From contig CAWIMJ010000002.1 in the NCBI GenBank assembly GCA_963837175.1, positions 1 to 34,409 of the forward strand: a DNA stretch of 34,409 bases, given 5' to 3'. The notes under the pieces were generated by a model that did not search any database, was not told the origin of the DNA, and worked only from the letters and a program-made list of their open reading frames with translations. Positions 20,884 to 29,885 of this stretch are shown piece after piece (the stretch's first letter is position 1; each line of letters begins with the position of its first letter). This DNA comes from an uncultured Nitrososphaeraceae archaeon. GTDB taxonomy: Archaea > Thermoproteota > Nitrososphaeria > Nitrososphaerales > Nitrososphaeraceae. The translations under genes and the position numbers were made by a program.

Positions 20884-21031
20884 TAATATGATATTAAATA
20901 GTGTTCTCCTCATATACACTTTGTCCAGTTCTTGAATCAACTATAGATCTCATCTTTAAATGGCAGTTCATGATAGACTTCAAGGAAGGATCTATTGAAG
21001 ATAATTCCTTGCTATTGTCATATTGTAATAT

Positions 21032-21375
21032 ATGGTAAAATATGATGATTCAATATTGCTGAACAATATTAGACCAAAAGCTTTCTTCTTCCAAATGCAA
21101 TTTAATGTAGTAGATATTCCATATGATATAATTACAAGTATAAAACTGGAAAAAGGGTTGTTATCGTCTACAATTAGATTCAAAGCCCCAGCATTAATGA
21201 GCTCAACTAGACTTGGAATGATGGACAGTATAGTTGATGGTGAAGATAATGATCAAGGGCGGCATAATTGAAGCTATTCTAAAGGATAAGGCAGAAGATT
21301 TGTTGGAAATAATTCGTTCGGGTATGCAAGAGAGTGGCGCTAAATCAGCACCCTCAAAAAAACAAAACCTCCCTC
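21032..21375 (+). pseudogene. Fragment of a bacterial-type PH-domain protein, frameshifted
   Basis: VDIPYDIITSIKLEKGLLSSTIRFKAP continues in another frame as GIIEAILKDKAEDLLEIIRSGM; N-terminus missing. Confidence 0.55.
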
Positions 21376-21379
21376 CGAA

Positions 21380-21630
21380 TTACTCCAGCATACTCTACTC
21401 TGTAATGAGCAGTCATCGAATCAACAATTAATAATTTTATTTTTGAATCCGATATAGAACAAGCGGTTCCTACACATGACTCCTGTTGGGCGCTATCTAT
21501 TGGTCTTGCAATCTGAATGTTCTGCAGAATATATTTGGAGTCCAATTTTCTTGCTCTGGCAATAGATTCTATTCTCTCCTGCCTAAATGTAGCCTCAGTA
21601 TTAATGTAGATAGCTTTGTGTTCTAAGGTT
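21380..21630 (-). pseudogene. RadA/RecA-family recombinase paralogue, internal fragment
   Basis: EHKAIYINTEATFRQERIESIARARKLD...ILQNI...KIKLLIVDSMTAHYRVEYAG matches the RadA motifs YIDTE.TFRPER and Walker B LLIVDS...HFR.EY.G. Walker A and the C-terminus are absent. Confidence 0.85.
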
Positions 21631-21876
21631 GAGTATCATACATAGTAATTGCGATCAGTCAGCGCTATCTCCTTTATTAGTCTCTTGAATTCGTGACTCT
21701 TCTGTTGTATGAATGCTGCTGTGATTACCAAGGTTATGAAATACAGATGATGGCTCATCAGTTTTTTCAGGCCTTCAAGATCAGGATCATGAGGGTAAAT
21801 AGAGGCATCTTTTTTATACTACTACAAGTCCTATGTAGGGGGTAGGCATTTTTCAGATTGGTAGTAATCTAGATTT

Positions 21877-22959
21877 TTACCCGGTCTTAGAACTAGCACT
21901 CTTCTTCTTATCATTACCGTCGCCACCATCACCATCACCATCACTAAGATCTATATCTAATGAGTCGCATAAATCTACTACATTACTTTCTATTTCGTTG
22001 ATATCTTGATCTTCAGCTATTACTTTCATAACACGGTCTTTGTTGTTTTTCTTTTGTTCTGCAACTTCAAGAAATCCTTCTACCTTTTCTTGTTCTGATC
22101 GTATTTGTGCCTCTGTCTGTTCAACAATATTGCTTACCTTGTTTCGAAAATGCAGTATGAACTTTCTGATTGCATTTGGATAAATGTCTATTTCATCTGA
22201 GTCCTTATCTTTACTAGGCAATTCAATAGCTCTATTGTAATTTCTCATAGGAAAGCGTTCTTTAATTTTATGCATTATAAAGTCCCAAAATCGTTCGTCT
22301 CCAACTTGTGCAATTACTGCGTTTATTTCTATACGGCTTTCTTTTAAAAATTCGATATCAATGTGTTTAAACCTGCTATCTGTTTTAACTATTTCTTCTA
22401 CTTTGTTTACTAATTTTGTATTTGTTGCATTTACTACAATTCTCTTGTCTTTCTGTAAACCAAAGTGTTCTAATGTAGTATCATCCATAGTTATGAAGTA
22501 TACACTTTCATCACACTTAGATGCTAGATTGATACCAGATAGATCATAGTCCGTAATTACGATAATATTGGCACCGGATTCTTTGGCTGCCTCTATTAGA
22601 TCATGTGCGTATTCAGTTAGATATCCTCTGCTATTAACCATCGCAACACCATATTTGTCGGCGTGCTCCTTCAGTTCGTCTATAATTCCTTCTTTTTCTA
22701 TGAATATTAAATCTGTTCCTTTTGCTGCTAACTCCCTAATAGCATCAAAGCTAACACTTTCCCAACCGCCGTCAAAATACAGCTCAGCTCTTGCACCTGT
22801 AACTATACCTATATCAGCACGCTTTTTGCCTACCTCATCACATATTTTTCTAATTAAAGTTTTGAACCATGCTCTAGTTACCTTGATGTCAAATCTTTGC
22901 ATATCAGGAAGAAGCAAGTACCAAATTGTATCAGTAGATCTCATTTTTTTGGTGGTCAT
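21877..22959 (-). CDS. Topo VIA/Spo11-like TOPRIM subunit (short; Mini-A or Topo VIII-like)
   Basis: TDTIWY (cf. the RDxYY catalytic Tyr motif), FIEKEG (TOPRIM Glu), SRGY, ITDYDLSGI (DxD), RIEINAV; ATGA overlap with the upstream gene. Confidence 0.8.
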   Translation of the reverse strand: MTTKKMRSTDTIWYLLLPDMQRFDIKVTRAWFKTLIRKICDEVGKKRADIGIVTGARAELYFDGGWESVSFDAIRELAAKGTDLIFIEKEGIIDELKEHADKYGVAMVNSRGYLTEYAHDLIEAAKESGANIIVITDYDLSGINLASKCDESVYFITMDDTTLEHFGLQKDKRIVVNATNTKLVNKVEEIVKTDSRFKHIDIEFLKESRIEINAVIAQVGDERFWDFIMHKIKERFPMRNYNRAIELPSKDKDSDEIDIYPNAIRKFILHFRNKVSNIVEQTEAQIRSEQEKVEGFLEVAEQKKNNKDRVMKVIAEDQDINEIESNVVDLCDSLDIDLSDGDGDGGDGNDKKKSASSKTG

Positions 22960-24963
22960 GTCGTAATAGTGTCCTTTTTCTCCTCAGCGTAGTATTCGTA
23001 GTCATAGTCGCTGTTATTGTTCTTGTTGTTGGTCACCAACCCGTGCTCCTTCCTCAGATAATCCATTAGTAGATCTTTTAGCGATTTTTCGCCGCTACTA
23101 CTATGCAGTCGTATTGCATTACGACGCTCCTCTGGTTTTCTGAAACTATAGCCTAAAGCATGAAATGATTTAATTTCAGAAGCTATTCTTTTTACTCCTT
23201 CCATAATTGTTTCGGTAAATGGACTTGTATCTATACGTGATTTATCCTGGCCGTGTGGATCACGTCTTGGTGTTACCAGATTAGCGACTACAAGACATGG
23301 TATTTTTGCGCTATCAGTTGCATATTCGTGAAATCCATAGTGTTCTAAAACACCTAGGATGTTCGTGGTAGCATCATATTCCCTGGTCCCATCATTATAA
23401 GCCGAAACTTCTTTGTATTCGCCTTCAAAAAGACTGCCATATGTTTTTGGTGAAATAGAGTAATTGATTGCGCCTATAAAATCAATTCTTTTTTTTGCGT
23501 GTATTGGATCTGCAAATGGAATAGCCAATATTTCCCAAAAATAAGGATAAGCTATTCCTTTTTTTGTATCTTGATAATATCCATGAATTGACTTATATGA
23601 TGCCTTCTTTTCATCGCTATCTAAGTTGTCGTAAAGTTTTGCAAGCCTTTCGATAAGAACTGCTTTTCTTTGTTGTTTGTTAGCGGTGTACGGTAAGATT
23701 AGCTTCGGTGGAGCAGGCAATGCATTCTGTAATTGCTTATAGAAATACTCTATTTTCCTATTCCGTTTTTTATCATCAAGTAACGATAATAATTTGGCTA
23801 CTGATATCTCATTTTCAGCACTTTTTTTTAGATTACTGCCTTCTCTATATGTTGCAACAAGTATATCGTAGACCTGAGTCTTAGCGGCATGTTTGGGATC
23901 TATATTTACAATGCGTCGTTTGAATTCTTCTGGTGTATACGAATGCACGCTGTTTTGTTTATTCCATGATTCATTTGATATAGGATGCAATGCGTGGTAT
24001 TCTATATTTACCGTTGATTTTGGGGACTCTTCTAATGCAGTAGTTACAAGGGCCTTTGCAAAAGATGCCGCTCCTGCTGTTGTTGTTCTTCTTATTCTCA
24101 TTCTTGTTGTTAGTAGTATTGTCATTATCATTATCGTTGTTATTATTACTACTATCAATGATGCCTACATCTTTATTGTTATTGACGTTGTAATAGTAGT
24201 ATTTTGAGTTATCAGTTATATGAAATCTAAAAGTGATGTCTGTTGTGAATAGGGGATATCTCTTGCAAAAGTCTTCAACGCATCTTCTATCTAAAACGTA
24301 TTTTACTTCATCGATTATTGGTAATACAAGTTCAATCTCTGTATCGCTGTGCGTGAGTTCTTCTCCATGCGTTTCTCCCACTTTAACTATTGCTGTTTGC
24401 CTAACTTTGTCGACATTTAGATATACCTTAAATTCTCTTTTATTGTGGTGGATTATTAAAGGATGCTTTGGTTGCTTATCTTCAAATGTACTTCCATCAT
24501 CATAGTCGACATGAATTAGTATGTATTCAAATGCCAGTATTTGTTTTAATGCATCGCCTAACATTCCCCTGCTTATTATATGGACATCTTGCTTTGATCC
24601 ATAGCGCATTTCATAATCAAATATTGCATCTAGATTTGAGAACACTGGAATATTTTTATAATTTGAGTTGCGAATTTTTAGGCGAAACATTTTATCATCT
24701 TTGTATATATTTACATCAATGACTGTATCGTCTGCGCCTTTGTAATTTTTGCTTAAGAAGTCTACAGCATTATCTAATAACTCTCTAATGCATAGCAAAT
24801 ACCAATCTTGTTTGTTCGAATATCCTGTCCTTAGAGTTACGCCGTCTACAGTGAAATAGTCAATGCTGTGTTTTCTATAGGTGAAAATGTCCTCTACTGC
24901 TGGATTAGTAGCAGGGGGGTCCTCATTTTCTGGCTTGTTGTGAGCTAGATTTTTGTTATTCAT
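22956..24963 (-). CDS. Topo VIB-like GHKL ATPase with transducer, split by one frameshift in an Asn-rich insert (about 24075-24200)
   Basis: IRELLDNAVD (N-box), YGSKQ, SRGMLGDALK (cf. Topo VIB TRGxxGxGxK), SDTEIEL, and distal GQDKSRID (cf. the transducer Lys loop). ORFs 23971-24963 and 22956-24158 overlap across low-complexity sequence. Confidence 0.8.
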
Positions 24964-24978
24964 TTTTGTTCGTTCTTT

Positions 24979-25140
24979 TTATTCGTTTTTGTCTTGTAAT
25001 ACAAGATACCAGTCCCTTTTGTTTGAGTATCCAGTTCTAATGATAACGCCATCCACAGTAACGTAATCCATGCTATGTTTTCTAGAGGTAAAAAAGTCTG
25101 TCATGATGGGGAGTCCTTTGCTTTCTGTCATCATCATCAT
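24979..25140 (-). CDS. 53-aa ORF duplicating the N-terminus of the adjacent GHKL subunit (not in ORF track)
   Basis: MMMMTESKGLPIMTDFFTSRKHSMDYVTVDGVIIRTGYSNKRDWYLVLQDKNE*; 25 of 32 aa identical to DIFTYRKHSIDYFTVDGVTLRTGYSNKQDWYL. Confidence 0.7.
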   Translation of the reverse strand: MMMMTESKGLPIMTDFFTSRKHSMDYVTVDGVIIRTGYSNKRDWYLVLQDKNE

Positions 25141-25169
25141 TTATTCTCTGTATAGCCAACGCTCTGGAA

Positions 25170-26183
25170 TTACAGGCCGATTGCCTTTTCCACCTTTTTA
25201 GCATATTCTGCAATCTGTTTCTCAAGTTTTTCAACAGGATTAAAAACATCGTTTATGAAATCGATAGCAGATTGGTTTGGATGTTTTCTTTCTTCTATCC
25301 TGCATACCGTATCCTTTCCTATTGATTTTATGTATATGGAAAACAGATGGTTAAGATGCTTCACCTGAACCTTTATTGCTGAAAAGTGGAGCAAGTCGCT
25401 AACTTTAATGTCTTTATTGATATCGCATTCAGTCAGCTCCCATTCTAATACATCGTCAACAATTCGTTCATGCTTGTCTTTTAGCAGATTTATCAGACCA
25501 GCTCTAATCTGTCCAAAGAATTCTATGATACGGAAGTGATCTTCTTCTGTTTCAAGTTTATAGGGATTGTTACTGCATTTAGCATGAATATCCACTGTTC
25601 CTTTGGAATAGAACACATAATCCACTCCGGTTTTACCTATGATTTCTGCATGGTGTTTTCCATTATTTCTCTTGTAATATGGAAGGTCTAACTCTGAATA
25701 ACATTCTGGAAGGACCTTGGTTTTAAAATGCATATTGTGGATGTATAATGGAGCTTCAGGCAGTAATGGAAGTACATAGCCTTCTAATGTATGAACAGTC
25801 GTAAGTTGAAGGCATTGAGAAAGAGGGAATTTAGATGAAGATAGAGTTGGTAATAGTATGCCTACCCCTGAGGGGTCTATTGGTGTATTCTTTGCTATCT
25901 TTTCTATTACTTCAGCTTTAATTGGAGTAGGATAGTATTGCTGTGGTCTCCTGTCTTTTAGTGTAAATAAATTGCCTGTTCTCAGATGATATTTTAAAAT
26001 GTCCTGAGCGTGAGTTTTATGAAGAGCTATTCCTGCATCAATTAAATCTATGTAAGTTATTCCTTTTCTAGTCTTCTTAAATTTATTAGTAGCTATCTCT
26101 ATGATTGTCGAAGAATGAATATATGATCTGTGGCCAGAAAAACACTGCCCGACTAAGTCAAGTGGTGTAATCTTGGTGGACAT
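25170..26183 (-). CDS. wHTH protein with a putative replication-initiator-like C-terminal domain
   Basis: N-terminal wHTH-like GITYIDLI...AQDILK...LFTL...PQQYY; C-terminal LTECDINKD, IYIK and CRIEE recall the Rep_trans motifs RxDxxxD, YxK and RxE; TAATG overlap with the upstream gene. Function is inferred. Confidence 0.55.
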   Translation of the reverse strand: MSTKITPLDLVGQCFSGHRSYIHSSTIIEIATNKFKKTRKGITYIDLIDAGIALHKTHAQDILKYHLRTGNLFTLKDRRPQQYYPTPIKAEVIEKIAKNTPIDPSGVGILLPTLSSSKFPLSQCLQLTTVHTLEGYVLPLLPEAPLYIHNMHFKTKVLPECYSELDLPYYKRNNGKHHAEIIGKTGVDYVFYSKGTVDIHAKCSNNPYKLETEEDHFRIIEFFGQIRAGLINLLKDKHERIVDDVLEWELTECDINKDIKVSDLLHFSAIKVQVKHLNHLFSIYIKSIGKDTVCRIEERKHPNQSAIDFINDVFNPVEKLEKQIAEYAKKVEKAIGL

Positions 26184-27048
26184 TAGTGGTGAATTCTATC
26201 ATAACTGCCGCTGACACTTCTGCCGCTATGGTCTTCAGTTGTACTTTGTTGTGATTTTCTTCCTGTACAAGCACTAAGGACTTTTCCAGTACTTTTGTCA
26301 AATGTGACGCTAAACCAGATATAGTCTTTTATCTTATCTACATTAAAGCTACTAATGATATATTTGCGGACATCTTCTAGTGGAAGAGAAAATTCAAAAT
26401 GCAAAATATTACTACTATTTTCCAACTGGCTGCCGTTATCAGCTGACGAAGAAGGTTGACTTATCTGGTCTGCTGGTATTAATTGGGTTGCTTTTCGGAG
26501 AGCGTCCCTTAATTCATTAAGCTCAGCACGTAGATCTTGGCAACTTGAGCACTCATTTAGATTTGATACAATTTTTTGCATTTTTAATCGTGTTTGTAGT
26601 GAATTAGCATTTACAGAATCATATTCAGATAAAGAACTGTTGCCTGCAGATAGATCGGAAGTTAATGGTATATCCTCCTCAACAGATTTTCCTTGAATAG
26701 CGGCAACAACTATTTCTTCTTCTCCTGTTCCTGTTGTAAGGGTGCTGCCAGAAAATCCAGCAGAATTATGCTCCTTTTGTCTTAATCTACCAGCTTTTTG
26801 CTTTTCTTGATTCTTAGCTTCTTCAGGTAATGCATCTAATATTGTCCTTTTAGCCCATATTCCAGCACAATCTTTCTCTATCCTATCCCTTGCATCTTCT
26901 GGTGAAATATTGGAATTTTCATTGAGGAGCGCTTCGTACATCTTTGGAATATATTCCTTAGCCGTTGATCGATAAGCTTTGCTCTTGTTCTTGCCTCTTG
27001 TAAGAGATCATCATAATCAGTCAATTTGCTGCATCGCTTATTTTTCAT
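26183..27048 (-). CDS. Conserved hypothetical element protein, one base missing near 26978
   Basis: From ATG 27048: MKNKRCSKLTDYDDLLQEARTRA-(frameshift)-AYRSTAKEYIPKMYEALL, joining ORF 26183-26941; includes a CxxC before a short coiled coil. Confidence 0.65.
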
Positions 27049-27217
27049 GTATTAGCGTCGTCTGTAGAGAATCGTGGTCTACAGTTTTCACATAGTAATA
27101 ATGATATCGTTCCTTTAGATCCAACCTTTACTGTAACCTCAATTTTGCTTTAGCAAAACATCCAACTGCTTCGCAAATAGCGTTATTAAGGTCAGAAGGT
27201 ATATTATTACTGCTCAT
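27045..27217 (-). CDS. Small Zn-finger protein (CxxxxC...CxxC), one base missing in a T4 run at 27143-27146
   Basis: MSSNNIPSDLNNAICEAVGCFAKA-(frameshift)-KIEVTVKVGSKGTISLLLCENCRPRFSTDDANT*; its stop overlaps the next ATG (ATGA). Confidence 0.65.
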
Positions 27218-27234
27218 TTGGGATCAACCAACTC

Positions 27235-27414
27235 CTATGGGCTTGAGGATTCGCTTGATTGCAGGCTTCTCAATCTACTATCAAGCGGATCCTTACTATT
27301 TCCTCTTGTTTCAATCAGGTCGTTGATGACTGCGTCGTATGTCTGATCCTTCTTTCCAATTTGTCGAAGTCTATCTCTTGTCGAAGTTTCAATGATTATA
27401 GTTGTTTTAGGCAT
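27235..27414 (-). CDS. Small ribbon-helix-helix (CopG or antitoxin-like) DNA-binding protein
   Basis: MPKTTIIIETSTRDRLRQIGKKDQTYDAVINDLI is the typical archaeal RHH pattern (TTIxI...RxxL...G...TYD.II..LI). Confidence 0.75.
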   Translation of the reverse strand: MPKTTIIIETSTRDRLRQIGKKDQTYDAVINDLIETRGNSKDPLDSRLRSLQSSESSSP

Positions 27415-27482
27415 ATATGCAACTATGCATAACAAATAGTATTATACATCCCTAGCACTATGGTACACTACCGGTACACGAT
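27415..27482. promoter_or_regulatory. Divergent promoter/operator region
   Basis: 68 bp between two head-to-head regulator genes; GGTACAC twice (27462, 27473), TATGCA twice near 27416-27429, and an AT-rich core TATTATA. Confidence 0.5.
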
Positions 27483-28415
27483 ATGACTAAAGAAAAAGTA
27501 GTCTCTGCTGAAGAAGTAGAAAAATTAAAAAGATTCGTTGATGATGTATTAAAAAAATCAATATCTGTTTCATCAGAGCAAATGTCATTGGTATTGGAGA
27601 AAAGCGACCTGGATAAAAAAGAAAAAGTAATTCTTAATTATATAAAAAACAATCCAGGCATTATCAAACAGGGAGTGGTGAATGATTTTGAAAATGAAGT
27701 TGGTTATTCAAAGAAACCAGTTCTAAAAATAATAAAAAAGTTAGAAGAATATAAGATGATTACTGTCACACCAGATAAAGTAAACAGTCAAACACATCAC
27801 CTGTTTGTTAACAATGAAAACATCCTAATATATTTAATTGAACATATTGATTCTTTTAAACAAGCCTATTTTACAATTATTGATGGTGTACAGAAGTTAG
27901 AAGGAATGATAAGCAATATGGATTTACCTGATAAGTCAGATTTGCTTCGTTCGATAATTTTGCCCTTCAAAGCCTTTACTTTGCTTATGCAGTATAATTT
28001 AATAGGACAATTAGGAACACCGTCAGATAAATCGACTTTAGATAAAAAATATAGCATATTTCAAAGTACAATGCAAGAAATACATTTGAAGCTATATGAA
28101 AGTAAGATATTGAAAATGTTACCTAACGATGAAATACTAATATTGATTCATCTATTTGCAAACAACTCAAATGGATTACGTCCTGAAGATATAATTGAAA
28201 TGCAGAAAACTTTTGAACAATATCGCTTAAGAGAAGACATAGAAAAGGTATTAGACGCATTATGGTATCTTAGCTATAGCATTCTTCCTTCTATACATTC
28301 TCATTATAGAAGATTTGATGCAAAACAGCTTAAAGATTGGAGAAAAGTAATATCAAAGTTCAATCATGTACCTTACAACCCAATGAGAGGATTTGGAATG
28401 ATGTCCACCCGATAA
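27483..28415 (+). CDS. wHTH (MarR-like) transcriptional regulator with a helical C-terminal domain
   Basis: LDKKEKVILNYIKNNPGIIKQGVV...YSKKPVLKIIKKLEEYKMI; divergent from the operon and convergent with the integrase. Confidence 0.7.
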   Translation: MTKEKVVSAEEVEKLKRFVDDVLKKSISVSSEQMSLVLEKSDLDKKEKVILNYIKNNPGIIKQGVVNDFENEVGYSKKPVLKIIKKLEEYKMITVTPDKVNSQTHHLFVNNENILIYLIEHIDSFKQAYFTIIDGVQKLEGMISNMDLPDKSDLLRSIILPFKAFTLLMQYNLIGQLGTPSDKSTLDKKYSIFQSTMQEIHLKLYESKILKMLPNDEILILIHLFANNSNGLRPEDIIEMQKTFEQYRLREDIEKVLDALWYLSYSILPSIHSHYRRFDAKQLKDWRKVISKFNHVPYNPMRGFGMMSTR

Positions 28416-28421
28416 TAGGTA

Positions 28422-29856
28422 TTATTCTTCAAATGTTTTCTTTGTTAGTGCTTCTGGCTTGATGTATGCTAATTGTGGATTTCGCTGTATCATTGACATA
28501 ATCTGACTGAATTGTCGGTTCATTTCTTCACGCATAGCCTTCATATCTTTTTCATATTTTTCCTTAAGGATTTTGTTTTCTTGTTCAAGCTCCATTTCTC
28601 TAGTATATTCATTATCCAAATTAACTGGGAGTGCACATCTAGAACAGAAATTCATTCCCGGGCTTATAGATTCTGAACACCTTTTGCATATTAATACTTT
28701 TAAGTTTATATTCTTCAATCCTTGGTTGTCCTATTCCTTCATTTAGTGCAATAAGCGCATTATCCACATCTTTACCTGATAAGTGTATATAGCGTCTAAC
28801 TACTTTTGTTCCATGCTCCCAACCAAAGAAAATACACATTTGTGCTTCTGTTAGATGATTAGCTAAGTGTGTTGCTCTAGAATGTCGCAATATGTATAAC
28901 CTACGATGCTTGTTAATCAATCCTGCATTTGGTAACGTTTCTTCGATTATTTTCTGAGCTCCTCTAAGTCCTAATGGTTGGTTTTTGAAATTTGTTGCTG
29001 TACTTATCCATAAAGGATATTGGTTCTGGTTTGTAAGAGGATGTACCTGTAGCCATTGTTGTAGTAACTTGACAAAAGATATGATCCTTACTCTCCTTTC
29101 GCCCGTCTTTCCCCTCAGCATAAAGACTGCGCCCTTAGAATCTACTTTTATGTCCAGGTTGGTAAGTCGCAAGAACTCCTCAGGTCTTGCTCCACTTTCG
29201 TACATGCACGCAAGAAAAGCTTTTTTTTGCACTGTAGGAGCTGCTTCTATTAATTTCTGAACTTCTTCTTCTTCCAGGTACTCTGACATATCCATATTGG
29301 TCTCTTTTCCTATCTTTTCTTTTCCTAGATTAACAGAAAACCAATTAACTGCTTCCGGATAGTGTTCATTGTTTCCATAAACTATCTTATAATAAAATTT
29401 CAGAATACGTCTGAATTTCTCATGGGTTGATGCTTTATAGTTTTTATCATCCATCCATTTCAATAATGACCTTATATCGTCTTTATCAGCATCTTTGAAG
29501 CTTTTTCCAAGATGTCTTCTCATCAAGAGAAGCGCAGTTATGCACCTAATTATCCATAATATACTGCTTTCTTTATCCTGCATGAATTGTATGAAATTTA
29601 AAACATCAGTTTTATCAGGTTCGTGAAGCTCTGTATTTGCTCTTTTAATCCAATAAGCAAGTTTCTCCTTTCTATGATACAGGTCTCTCATTTCATAGTT
29701 TGTGTTGATATGATGATTGAACTGAGTTTTAAGTATTTGGTCATTAGATGGTTTGTTGTTAGAATAATTCTTGGTTGTTTTGATTTTAGGGATTTGAACT
29801 GAGGATTCAGTGGACTGGGCGGGATTTGAACCCGCGACCACATACTTGCGAAGCAT
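28422..29856 (-). CDS. int: Tyrosine recombinase/integrase with C-terminal zinc ribbon; one extra base at 28698-28701
   Basis: ESGARPEE (R), GKTGER (K), YILRHSRAT (xxxRH), FGW, RRYIHL (Y). Removing one T joins EYKLK to VLICKRC...NFCSRC and a coiled coil. First ATG outside the tRNA is at 29691. Confidence 0.93.
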
Positions 29857-29885
29857 GCATTACTACCAGCCTGAACTACCAGCCC
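29811..29885 (-). tRNA. tRNA-Ala(CGC), intronless, CCA not encoded
   Basis: GGGCTGG...CATGC-TTCGCAA-GTATG...GCGGG-TTCAAAT-CCCGC-CCAGTCC-A folds as a cloverleaf with anticodon CGC, the G3:U70 alanine identity pair and discriminator A. Confidence 0.97.

Larger units (their letters stand above)
21650..29810 (-). mobile_element. tRNA-Ala-targeting integrated element, core region; left boundary uncertain
   Basis: Integrase abutting the tRNA 3' end, a divergent regulator pair, and a coupled operon with Rep-like and type IIB topoisomerase-like genes. No second att copy seen. Confidence 0.75.

Noticed and set aside
21877-22959. Wadjet (JetABCD) system
   Set aside because: The TOPRIM protein is partnered by a GHKL ATPase; no SMC or kleisin genes are present.
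1-29810. Second att copy (direct repeat of the tRNA-Ala 3' end)
   Set aside because: Scanning by eye for TGGACTGGGCGGGATTTGAA gave only matches of about 6-7 bp. TGGTAGTAAT near 21859 matches the D-loop but is in the wrong orientation and short.
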